Part shown: positions 1-35,999 of the stretch, piece by piece | How the letters are laid out: each line of letters begins with the position of its first letter | Position numbering within the stretch: position 1 is the first letter of the stretch | NCBI GenBank assembly: GCA_039096225.1 | Contig: JBBPEB010000009.1 | Span: forward strand, 806,001-870,000 | DNA: 64,000 bases | Reading direction: 5' to 3' | From: Blastocystis sp. Blastoise | Lineage: Eukaryota > Protista > Bigyra: Opalinata | The notes under the pieces: generated by a model | What the model saw: the letters and a program-made list of their open reading frames with translations, nothing else | Told to the model about the DNA's origin: nothing | Database searches by the model: none | Program-made: the position numbers and the translations under genes

Positions 1-1135
1 GAACGTATAAATAAATCAAATGATTTTCGACATAAATTACATTCTGATAAATTTATTTCTTTTATATTATGAAAATCACTTAAATCAATCATTTTAAATA
101 ATTCAACTAAGCCATTTCCATCATTTGTTTTTAATGTAAAATAAGCTAATATATTCTTTATACTTCCAGATAATGCTTCTGAAACTGATTTTGCAGTTAA
201 CTTTCGAAATGTTTGTGATTTTATACATATACCTAAATCTTGTACATAACTAGTTAAAAAAGAAGGAGAATTCTGTTTACTAATTAAATAAGCAAATTTT
301 AATTCTAAAGCATTACAAATATCAATTAAAGCAACTTCACCTATTTCATCTAAAGTAAGATAAGATAAATCAGGTAAACAATTAAATTTAATTAATGATA
401 TAAATGATAATGTATCTTCTGCTGTTAATAATCCATTTAAGGATAATTTCTTTAAATAAGGACTTGCACGTAATAATTCTAACCAATCTTCTTCAGTTAC
501 ATCAACATCAAGTACTGTTCTAGAAGTATCAATAAGTTTTGCAAAATATTCACACGAATCATGAATACATACTTTTGTAGAATCATCACAATAAGAAAAG
601 ATTTCAGATAATGAAGATAAAGTTAATTTAGCAACATCACTAGTATTCTCTATACAAGCAACAGATAATCTTCTTAAACGACGAATTGTTCGTGTCATAG
701 CTCTTGTCTCAATAGCCATTTGAATTTCAGGTGAAGTATCATCCTTTATTTGGCCTATTCTATCATCTAAAAAAAATATAAAATAAGATATAAATTCATA
801 AAAACTATATGAAAACAAATAAAACATTCAAAAGAAAACACATAATGAAAAACACATAAAAAAAGTATCTTTTGATGGCTTTTTGGTTAAAAAGATGATA
901 AATATATACTTGTTTCTTTCAAAATTTCATTTTCATCATCTGGAGTAGGAGTCATGTTTGGTGTGATTTGATCTAATTCAGAATTTAAAGCTAAAATCAT
1001 AGGAACATCTTGACAATCTTGTGAAAAACAAAATCTATCCATATCCAGAGATGGTGCATTAAATATAGATTCCACTCGATGTCGTACAACTTGTGGTTCA
1101 TCTGTGTTTCTCATAGATGATTCTTGAGCACCCAT
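1..1135 (-). CDS. Partial gene (runs off the window start): putative N-myristoylated leucine-rich/RNI-like protein
   Basis: Exon 1 MGAQESS... (MGxxxS myristoylation pattern), GT-AG intron at about 767-909, then an open exon 2 to the window edge with LRR-like spacing (ASPYLKKLSLNG, LPDLSYLTLDEIG, KEINLSECNL). Confidence 0.6.
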
Positions 1136-2115
1136 TTCTTGTAATTATTTTAAATCTAATATACGTATAATACGATGTTACAACGAAGAATACCTTAAAA
1201 AATAAAATGAATATATGACTAAAGGATATTTTTAAAAATAAAAAACTAATATTTTTTTGAATACATACGATTTCTGACAATCATTTTTTTAGCCACAACT
1301 CTTTCAAGAAGGAAACAAAATATTGCATTAACAACGAGAGAAAAGGGATAACAAATGCGTAATACGAAGAAATGAAAATATTATTTTTTACCTATAATTT
1401 GGAAATAAACAAGGGGATTTTCTACAGAATTGAATTGTGTCAATGACGAATATCTTTTTGTGATCCATTTCATCCAATAATATCGTGAAAAGACCGTTTT
1501 GTCATCAATAGCCATTATTTAACGGAACAAATTTGATCCCAAGAAATGAATTTTTGTCTAGAGTCCTCCATCTGATTGGATCGCAGTTCTCTATAACCAA
1601 AAAGTTTCCCCTTTTTACTAAGTTGCTTAATTCACTAGTTTCCCCAGTTATTTTTATTTGGTTTTTCCCTTAAAATTTTTCTCAGTTTTATCGTTTAGAA
1701 TTCTCTTTAAAAATTACTTTTTTAATGGTTATTATTTCTTGTGCTGTTCTAAAAGAAGTCAGTCTTCTTTTATTACAAAAAATAGAGTCCTTTATTATAG
1801 TTGTTTGTCGGATTCATAAAAAAGGGATTTTAAAGATCAGCTATGAAGATTTCAAATAAATCATAAGTACTAAAGACAGTGAGACAATCATGAAGGTATC
1901 TTTCTGAAGAAGTATAACAAAGAACTCGAATAAGTTTAAATAATGTAAATAAGGACAAATTAAAACATAGAGAAATAAATAGTTGAATAAATGAGGAATT
2001 AATGTAAAAAGAAATGAAAATATTAGTTAAAAAAAAATGAGTGGTGAATATTATGAAATGAGACTTATAATTAATAATATATACATATATAAAGAAAATA
2101 TTAATGAAAAAATTA

Positions 2116-7230
<5,115 letters not shown>

Positions 7231-7726
7231 AATGGATCTAACAAGAGACAAAACATTCCTAAAAGATCCAGATCTAAAAGAACAAAAACGCTTCTGTTGA
7301 TTCAGATCGAATCATCAATGCTTTTTATTTCTGAAAACACATAGTCTTCATCTTGAATTATTATGATAAATGAAAAGTCAAGGGTAATTTATTTATTTTG
7401 AAAGGGTAGAGTGACTGAGTGCATCATAGAAAATTGGTTATATTTTTAAAATGAAAATGAGAAAGAGATTGGAATTCTTATTATTTAGTTTTGAGTTTCC
7501 TTACATGCTATAAATCTAAAATTCATTTTTTTTTTCTATCTTAGTTGCGAAAATAATTTTAAATGCTTTGTAATTAATGAAAATTCTTTTTCTTTAAATA
7601 AGAATTAATGCAATAAATGACATCACACTTCCTCCAATCTTTCAATAAATATATTTTTTTAATTTTTATTAATTCAAAAACATTCAATACTTGAGAAGAA
7701 ATGAAAATAAAAATTATTTTTTTACA

Positions 7727-10112
7727 ATGAGGAACGTCACTATTTATGTTGCTTTTGTGTTTATCATTGTATTTTTGGTGATTGGGGAAGTATTCACAAT
7801 CAGAATATCGAAAAAAGATGATTCATGTCAAACCAATAATCACATTGTCTACGTTGTTGAGAATCCAAGAATCAAGGAGATCAGTAAAGTGAATGATTTC
7901 ATCAAAAAGTCGCGTAATACTCCAAAACGTTCCTTCAATTTCCTTACAGACACTATACAAACACCAGAGGATATCATTGATCATTCTTCAGATGGTGAGA
8001 GACTTAGATTCTCTACAGACGAGATTTCTTTCAGTCATCAGAATTGGTATATATCTAGGATCATTGATATTCAACTGTTTTTTTATATTTATTAAATATG
8101 AATTTATATAATTGATTATAGGGAAGAGGATTCCAATCGTTATTTTGCTTCCTTACAACAAAAAAAGTATTCTTTTTATAATAGTAATTCTGATATTATT
8201 ATAGGTCTAAAGAAGAACAATCAATCAATATAAATAAGTAATTCAATATTGTTTATATTGTTTATATGATATATTATGTATACATAATTTATAGAAATCA
8301 TTTTTCTTCTTATTCTTATATTCAGTCACATTCAAATCCATCTTATTTTAAATTCAGTAATATTTGTATTAACATTAAGAATCTAGCAATTAATTATTAT
8401 CCTAATGGAAATGAAGATATTTCATCACTTGTTGAACACTGTATGTAATATATTATAATACATAAGTATGATTAGTAAGATATTATAAAAATAAGTTTTA
8501 ATCAATGGAATTATTTATTATTGGAATATTTATTAGATATATATAGTATAATAAATAAATTCTAATACATGAAAATATATATAATAATAATATATAGTAT
8601 CTGGTATTGGTTTGGCAGAATCATCTCTACATATTATCTCTTCACAATATCCTGTCAATAATGATAATTATGCATACACAAATACGCAATATAATTGGCT
8701 CTTGATGACACATCCTGAAGACACAATGGAACAGTATTTCAGTACACTATCAAGTCTGAATTTTATTATTTCTCGACAAGATTTCTATTCTCCAGTATAC
8801 ATATATATGTAATTGATTTCCACATAACTTATTCATAGATATTCTAATCTATTTACATCATTTCAATTCTTATATATGTATATATAGTTACAAACATTAT
8901 TTATCCCTTATGGATGTGATCAAAAAGGTATTGTTTCTAGTCTACTTAATATTCATCATGTCCTCTATAATCAATTGAATTCTACAACATTCTATTGCGA
9001 TAAAGATATTGATAAATTCTTTAAATTAAATATCTTATGCTTTTCACAATTAGTATGTTATTTTATAAATGAAAGTTAAAGTAGTTATACTATTGTTTAT
9101 ATTATTTATATTATTTATATTATTTATATTATATATATTATTTATATTATTTATATTATTTATATTATTTATATTATTTATATTATTTATATTATTTATA
9201 TTTTTTTATTATTTCATCTATAATTCTATATATATAATTTCATCTATAATTCTATATATATAATTTCATCTATATCTCTAGAACATTCCAGCTATATCTC
9301 CTCGTCTATATGGTTCCTTTTCTTCTTCTATTTCCTTTTCAAACCTTATTCGATCTTCTCTATATAAATTAAATCATGCGAATCCTTATAAATCTTATTC
9401 TACGTTTATAAAATCATTAGAACTACAAAATTCACTTCCACAATTATCTTTATTATTTATGAATCCACAAGAAAAACAAGGTTTTTATCGAAAATATTAT
9501 TTAAATTATAGAGAACTCTATTCTATGCTTCTCTATGATAAAGTATATATATATATAATAATAATATTTATAATATTACTTTTATTTATAGTCTATAATA
9601 GTATTGATTATTTTTTTAGTAATTATATTAATAATTATATTCTATAGGTTCATTATAAAACTTCTATAGTAAAATTCAATGGAAAAGGTGAATTTGCAAA
9701 TTTAAATCAATTTATATATACTGATCTCTTAGTTACTTATTTACGTGCAGACTTTCTTTTATATTCAATATATTTACAACCATATTCAACTATTATAGCA
9801 GTACATCTTCCTTATCAAAAGAATACGTTCATTTCTAATTATTGTATGTCTATTGGATTAACCTATATACCTATATTCTCAACAACAAAAGAATCTATTT
9901 TACAATCTACAAAATATGATGAATCTGATATTAATAAATGTAAAACTCTTCTTTATGATGAACATGGCATTCCTAAAAATAATGATTGTAAAGATGTTAT
10001 GGAACATATTGGAAATCATGATTTCCATATGAATATTATTTCCGTATTATGGACAATTGATCAAGCAAGATACTCTGTTTATATAAATAAATATCATATT
10101 CAACAACTATAA
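7727..10112 (+). CDS. Type II membrane protein, probable glycosyltransferase (GT61/DUF563-like, divergent)
   Basis: N-terminal signal anchor MRNVTIYVAFVFIIVFLVIG. Seven GT-AG introns join in frame. The C-terminal NQFIYTDLLVTYLRADFLLYSIYLQPYSTIIAVHLP resembles the GT61 core but lacks the HGA motif. Confidence 0.55.
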
Positions 10113-10670
10113 ATTTTTATTATCGTGTTTTCTATGCATTTTTAAATGATCATTCCATTTTCTTTTATCTTTTCCAAAGTTTTCATTGCTCTATTTTTTC
10201 TATCTAGTATTATATTTTCCATTGTCATGTTATTTTGTGTATAATCTTATGGTTTTATTATTTTATTTTGCTTTATTAAGTTTTTTAATCAATTTTATAA
10301 TCATTTCATACACATCTAAAACAAAATATCTTAATAATAGACATAATTTTATGAAATTTCGGAAAAAACTACACATATTTATGATATTATGTTAGTAGAT
10401 ATATTCTACAATTCAATTATTTAGTATACATGTAATAAAGTTCTAGAAATACTTCATATTTGATAAAACAAATGAGAAAAACTAATCAGATGAAAAACGG
10501 AAGTCAAGAGATATAATCACGGAAATTCATGTTTTTTAGCTCAAGAAATAAAAAATCTCATAAATTGGTTAAAAATAAGATACTTCCAGAAAAAACAAGA
10601 AGAAGACAAACACATTTATTGTTCAAACAAAATTAATTTAAGTTATCTATTGTATTTGCTGAATAAGGAA

Positions 10671-12860
<2,190 letters not shown>

Positions 12861-13201
12861 AGTTATCTGTCAAAATTTTCTATATATTATTATTAATCAA
12901 AATTTAACCTTTGTTTCTACTCATTTTCTTTATTTTTCCAAATCAAGTATATTTTTCTATATACATTTTATTTCCCTTCTAAATCTGATTGTTTACCATT
13001 TTTTGTTCTTTGGTATTAATAATAATAGAAAATGTATAATAATATCACTGATAATAACAAAAAACTTTCCAAACTACACATTTATAACAAAACAAATAAT
13101 ATTATTTGCAACAATTATAACAAAACAATTAAATTTATATTCAGAACACTGAATACATTAGTTTAAAAAAAGAATAATAACATATAATTATATCCATGAG
13201 T

Positions 13202-14818
13202 TTATTCGATTTGAATAGTATTTGTAACATAAGCATCAACTACTTGTTGTGGTGTCATATCTATACTATTTTGTTCTTCTTTTTTAATTTTATAATAATG
13301 TATACAATAGCAAATAGATAATGTAAGAAGAAGAAGTAATAGAATACAACAAAGAATAATCCATGCATTCCATAATGTATAGCATGATACTATATATCCA
13401 ATAAATACAAATAAACTAATCACTAACATATAAGGTATTTGTGATTGAATATGTTCAGAAATGACACATCCTGTTGACGCACAAGTCATCACAGTTGTGT
13501 CACTAATAGGAGAACATTGATCCCCCAAAACAGCTCCTCCTAAACATGATGCTAATCCAATAGATAATAATGTTTCATCTGTTTCTTTAAATATACGAAT
13601 AACAATAGGTATAAATATACCAAATGTACCCCAAGCATTTCCTAAAGAAAATGTAAGTAATGCTGATATTATATATATAACACAAGGTACTAATTGAATA
13701 GGTAAATGAGAATGTTTTATGATATGACCAAGAAAATGACCTGTTCCTAATAAAGATTCTGTAACTGATGCCATAGTCCATGCCATTATTAATATTAGTA
13801 ATGTTGGAAGCATATCCTGCATACCTTTAGTAAAAGAAGACATAAATTCTTTAAAAGATAATAATTTTCTTGGTATATATAATAAAGCTGTAATAAAGAA
13901 TATAAGAATAACAGAAAGAGATAATGCTTTTATAGAATCAGTATGATTAAAAGAATCTATTAAAGAAGAACCATTAAAGAATCCACCAAAATAAAGCATA
14001 AATACTATAGCAATTGTTATTAATGAAATAATAGGAATAAGAAGATCAAATAAATGGGCATGCTTTTCTTCTATAATACTCTCTGTTGTAATTAAAGGAA
14101 TATGAACTTGTTGAAGACTTTCACGAAAAAAAGCCATATCTTGAAATTTTTTCATTGGTCCATATTCATATCCTGTAAATATACAAAATAAAATATGAAG
14201 AAAAACTAAAAATGAAAAGAAATTATAAGGAATTGATTGAATAAACAATGTTAATGGATTTTGAATTTCTCCTTTCGTTATTTCTGATATAATTGCAGCA
14301 GCCCAACTAGTGATAGGTATTAGAACACATACATTAGAAGCAACAACATGAACAATTTGTGCTTGTTTCTGAATTGAAACATGATTGAATTTACATACTG
14401 AATGCATCACATTTCCATTCGTTAATGCATTAAAGTAATCATCAATAAAAAGAACAAAACCAAAGAGAAAGGTCATTAATTGAGCACTCATCTTAGAATG
14501 AACAACCTTCTGTATGCTTGATGCAAATGCTATAGATCCTCCAGCAGAATTAATAATTTCAACAAGAGCTCCCATCATCATAATAAAAATAAGTAAATGA
14601 GCATTTGTTTCTACTTTTTTAATTATAAATTCCAATAAAATGGTAATAAAATCAATGAATCCAAGACTAGCTGATACACAGAAAATAAGAACACCAATAG
14701 AAACTCCAATGAAAATAGAAAAGAAAACTTGCTTTGTTAATATGGCTAATGCCAATGTAGCAAGAGGAGGAACGATAGACCACCATCCAAGATCATTAGA
14801 ATTATTAACAGATAACAT
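13202..14818 (-). CDS. NhaC/MleN-family Na+/H+ antiporter-like transporter, intronless, bacterial-type
   Basis: WWSIVPPLATLALAILTKQV, LFIDDYFNALTNG, FSLGNAWGTFGIFIPI, GAVLGDQCSPISDTTVMT and many TM segments. First ATG at 14818. Confidence 0.88.
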   Translation of the reverse strand: MLSVNNSNDLGWWSIVPPLATLALAILTKQVFFSIFIGVSIGVLIFCVSASLGFIDFITILLEFIIKKVETNAHLLIFIMMMGALVEIINSAGGSIAFASSIQKVVHSKMSAQLMTFLFGFVLFIDDYFNALTNGNVMHSVCKFNHVSIQKQAQIVHVVASNVCVLIPITSWAAAIISEITKGEIQNPLTLFIQSIPYNFFSFLVFLHILFCIFTGYEYGPMKKFQDMAFFRESLQQVHIPLITTESIIEEKHAHLFDLLIPIISLITIAIVFMLYFGGFFNGSSLIDSFNHTDSIKALSLSVILIFFITALLYIPRKLLSFKEFMSSFTKGMQDMLPTLLILIMAWTMASVTESLLGTGHFLGHIIKHSHLPIQLVPCVIYIISALLTFSLGNAWGTFGIFIPIVIRIFKETDETLLSIGLASCLGGAVLGDQCSPISDTTVMTCASTGCVISEHIQSQIPYMLVISLFVFIGYIVSCYTLWNAWIILCCILLLLLLTLSICYCIHYYKIKKEEQNSIDMTPQQVVDAYVTNTIQIE

Positions 14819-16427
14819 AAGAGAGTTCAATTAAATTGGATGAATCAAGGATTATATGAAAATATTCTAAGAAATCAGAAAAGAAAAGGAGAAACCGGAA
14901 TCATAAACAGGTGAAAAAAGAGAAAAAAAATATTAAGTTCCGTGGGAAATCACCAAAACATAATTAAAAAAATAAAATTTTCAGAAAAAAATTCTTCATG
15001 TATCAAAACAAAGATCGAAATCGGATACTTTTTATTTCATTGTTATTTCAATAGAAACTCAATATGTTTATTATTTGATGTATGTATTGTGATCCAGATA
15101 TTGTTTGACGTATTTGGTATAGATTTATATATAAATAGAATCATAATGTGCCCAGAGTGATTCCATAATAATTATTTTTTACCTTTAAGAATATGGTTAT
15201 GAATTTAAAATATTGTCTGGAATTAATCGCTTGTAATAATGTTCGATATGAAGAAAGTTTTGTTCATGGATGGTTAGAAATGATGCAGAAAAGATATTCT
15301 AATTGCTTTTGAGATACTTTCTGATTCTATATATTCTGTGTTTGACTTTCAGATTATTAGAATTCCATTTAATTTCCTTTTCCTGTTAATCAAGTGTAAT
15401 TATATGAAATCTTATTGAAATAACTAATTATATAGTATTGTATATTTTAGTTTGTTCTGAAAAGAATTATATAGTATATATGATATAAAATGATACCCTA
15501 TAAATATACTATTATTTATTGTTGCTATATTCTATCTAAAAAAGAATAACAACCTCAAAAAATATGTATCCATATACATATTAGTTTTTACTATATTGTA
15601 AATAAAGTAATTCAATATATATTTAGATAAATTATATAGTAAACATGCTAATAAAAAATAGTATACAGAATTTATGTTATATAAGTAGTGACTTTCTTTG
15701 TGTCCGGAAACAATATATACCCTTTTCAAAAATATTTAAAGCCATATTTTATTAAATAATCAATGTATATCTCTATTCATAACTGAAGGAAATAAAGTTT
15801 AAAAAATAGTTTATTAGTATTTTCAATTCACTTCAAATAGTATTTTAGATCATCTTCACAATTATTTTATTTGGATAGAATTATAGTATCACATGTATAC
15901 AATATATCTTGTTATTACAAATACAGAAAAAGTTGAAAAAGACACGAAAAAAACTAATTTTATCATAAATACTTTTTTTAATATTTTTTACAAATCATAT
16001 TATTATTCTTTGAACCTTATATATTTCATCATAAACTAATAAAAGAAATACATTTTTGTCTTTATGACTAACTCATTTCTATTCAAAATATAATTTTTTA
16101 AATAGTAAATTTCTCAATTTCTAGTAATTTAGATATAGTATTCTTGTTTTTAGAAAAAAAAATAAATGGTTGACTTGAATCAAATTGTAAATTAACTAGA
16201 AAACATAGAAATAACTAGTCAATTGATGTTTTAGAAAACTATGTTTAGATATAAGAATTAGAATCATGGGAATAGTTGTAATATCTGAGAAAAAAGAGAT
16301 ATTATCAGGTTTTTTATTTTTTGGAATTCGAGTTTTTCCAATAACTCTGTGTTTCAGTCGAGTTAAATTAAAAAAAAACTATGATCATAAAAATTCATTT
16401 AGATCATTAACAATTATTTGTCATACA

Positions 16428-32517
<16,090 letters not shown>

Positions 32518-34092
32518 ATACTTGATATTAAACTGATTTATATAATTTTTTAATTTTATTTTCTTTATTTTTTATTTATTAAATATTTATATTTTATAAT
32601 TCTATATATGTATATTTTTATTTTTATTTTCTTTTCTATATATTTTTTTATTTATTAACTAATTATATTTTATAATTCTATATTTTTTTATGAAAACTTT
32701 TAACTTTTTTATATTATCGTTTATTGCTTAAATGATTATTTTTATTCTATTGCATTGTTGTTGTTACTATTCTTTTCTTTTCATGATTAATGAATATGTT
32801 TATGTTGTAAAATCAATGAATCCTTTTATCATCCTATTTTATATATAGCTCAATATATAATCTAATCCATCCTTCAATAACATATCATAAGTTATTGTTA
32901 ATATATGATAACATACTATATCAGGACCAAGTCAATAAAACATTTTAAGATTCATGTCTATATTTAATCTTTATTATATATATAAACCATATCTTCTTTA
33001 GTTTTTGAAACTACTGTTACTCGAACTATAATAAAACCATATGAATTTGAACACTGTAGTAATCATGACGGAGTGAAATATAGGGATAAGTGCATATGAA
33101 ATAAAATAGCATATAGTTACATAAATATATATAAAAGCATATATAATTCTTAATTATTTTTTATGCAATTGAGATATGTAGAAGATAATAAATAACCTAT
33201 AATAGCAATAATTGAATGGAGAAATAAAGCACATAAAAATGTAAGCTAGCACATAAACATACATAAAAAAACAATAAATGCCAAAAAGTGTTTGTTATTA
33301 AAAATAAATACTGAGAAGCATCTAATTAAATCGTTTAATTTCTAATAATATATTTAAAATAAAAGGATTATAAAATTCAAATAAAAAGTAGTCGTAATTG
33401 TTTTTTGTCAATGAATATAATGTTTCAATTTATTATATCAATTAATAATTAATTTGTCAACAAGACATTTTCAAGGCAATCAAACAATTAATAATAATAA
33501 ATACTTTTTACAGGAAATTACATTTTTATATTTCAATATCATTTCTCATTTATCTTTATATATCTCTACATAATCATTGTAAGCTTTTAAGATCGCTAAT
33601 TCTTCATAACTACAAATAAAAAGAATGAATTTCACTTTTCTATTCCTAATATTGTTTCTTACAAAAGTATCTATTTAATTATATTCTATACTGCTTCAAT
33701 AATAGCGTAACAAAAAAAATAAAACTATTGTTCCCCTACTTGCATAGAAGAAATACTAGATAAAAAAAAATTCAAGAAGACTTTCTTGGAATGGAGACAA
33801 TAAAACTGTCTCTATGATTTTTAGGGCAGATTATTGGTAGAATTATCAAAATAAGCAAATCAAAGATCATAAAATTATGAAACACAAAACGTTGTAATAG
33901 AATTCTAGGAGCTCCTCTGTCAATGATTAACGGAAGCTCCCGTGGGAATTACAAAAAAAAGATAGATAGACCCACTCATTTCATAATAAGCAAAAGAAAC
34001 GATAAATTCTTGCATTTATACGAGAGTAGTAGTTTATTTGGCTTAAGTATATTATTTGCGTCGTTGCGAGAGTTGAGTAAGAATAGAAAAGA

Positions 34093-34902
34093 ATGGATTC
34101 TCCAGTAATTAATAGAATTCCGTTAGTAAGGAAAACAATTCTTGGGTGGATAGTTTTATTTATAACATATATACTTATTGTCTTGTTCACTTCTTTACAA
34201 AGTAATACTATACCAAAGACAATTTCTATTGGATGGAATGAAAGTCACGAACCTATTGCTTATGCATCTTCTGTATTTTTGATATGTGTTACGATTATTC
34301 CTTCGACAGTTATCACTATACTATCCGCTGGTTTAGCATTGATGCCATTATACAATAATAAATTAGCTCTTATTCCTTATAAAGAGTTCTGGCTATCAAT
34401 TGTCAATGTAGAAAAGACTTCATTCATTTTAATATGGCTTTCTTTATTAATTGGAATAGCTTCTAATATATTATCCTTCTCTTTATTCTATCCTATTTGG
34501 CATTTCAATATGAAGATATCCTATTATATTATATTATATTATATTTATTATGTTCATTATTAGTTTATGTTTATTATTATTAGTTTTTGTTTATTATTAT
34601 TAGTTTTTGTTTATTATTATTAGTTTTTGTTTATTATTATTAGTTTATGTTTATTATTATTAGTTTATGTTTATTATTATTGATATGTTTATTATTATAT
34701 TTATTATGTTTACTATTATTGTTTATGTTTACTATTGATATGTTTTCTTAATTGATCACTGTATGGACATTAGTATAGAACAATGTTCGGGTAATTATCT
34801 CTATATTCCTCAAATCATCATATATCTGGTTAATATTATATGCTACTTTGTCATCATTAACTTATATTTCTTTAGCCCTCCACAGTATATATATATATAT
34901 AT

Positions 34903-34937
<35 letters not shown>

Positions 34938-34942
34938 TTTGT

Positions 34943-35009
<67 letters not shown>

Positions 35010-35275
35010 TTTTATATAAAATAATGGTTATATATATATATAGAAAAGAGGGTAAGTTATTAGAGAGTGGAGATTTAGAAGAAGAAGGAGGATGGAAACG
35101 AGAAGTACTCTATTTTAACCCTTTTAATCCAGTTTTATTCCTTCATAAGCGCTTAGGAATGGGATGGACATGTAATCTTGGGAATCCGTGGATTACAGTC
35201 TTTGCCATGGGAATAATCATGATTATTGCGGCTATGTGTCTTTTTGTTTGTGTATTTGTTCCATTACATTATTAA
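34093..35275 (+). CDS. Bacterial-type DUF1648 + DUF5808 membrane protein, 3 exons
   Basis: TM followed by LQSNTIPKTISIGWN (DUF1648-like). C-terminal LYFNPFNPVLFLHKRLGMGWTCNLGNPW (DUF5808-like). AT-AC intron 34516-34759 and GT-AG intron 34885-35043 both join in frame. Confidence 0.8.
34516..34759 (+). other. U12-type AT-AC intron
   Basis: 5' end ATATCCTAT, 3' end TTCTTAATTGATCAC. Phase-0 join NMK|CMDIS. The interior is a 20-nt tandem repeat. Confidence 0.88.
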
Positions 35276-35999
35276 ATTATATATATTCATATATCAATAT
35301 ATATATAATTATAGTATATCATATATCATTATTTATTTATATTGTTCATTTCTCTACATAATTATTATGTGTACAAAGAACAACCCATTTCTTTTTATTT
35401 TATTCCTTATCTTCCCTTTTATAGATATTTATATATCATTATTTCTTCTTTATCATTAATTCTATATATATATATATAATACATATATATATGATGCTTC
35501 TCTATATATTAATTTCCATACACTTTCATTTCCTTCTTGTCGTATTCATTATATTCCTCTAATTTTTATTATATATATATTTATTTATATATTTTATTTA
35601 TTTATTGTATTTTTATTGTTATTTCTTGTTATTGAATTATCAATTAATATTCTTTTTATATATATATATTTTTTGATAATTCATGTATATATATTTATTG
35701 TTTCTTCTTTTCTTATTCATGTTTTCTACTTTTTTCATTCATTTTCATTACTTATGTTTTTTTCAAAAGATCCATCTCTAAACTATTTGTTATATAAAAC
35801 ATCATTTCATGTCTTTATTTTTATCGTTGTATCATTCTTGTTGATTGTCTCTCATTTATTAATTAATTTGTTTTAATTATTTTGTTTTGTTTCATACAGA
35901 GTTTTATTAGCATATATTGATCTTATATATAAAGGTATTCAACTTTCAAATAAAATATATGTTGTTTAAATATTGAAATACATTTTTTTTTTAATTTCC

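Noticed and set aside
15195-15312. Short protein-like ORF (MVMNLKYCLELIAC...) in the 14.8-16.4 kb gap
   Set aside because: About 40 codons with no recognisable motif and no upstream exon that I could join.
34561-34700. Regular 20-nt repeats resembling an array (CRISPR-like)
   Set aside because: There are no unique spacers. It is a low-complexity tandem repeat inside an intron of a eukaryotic gene with no cas genes.
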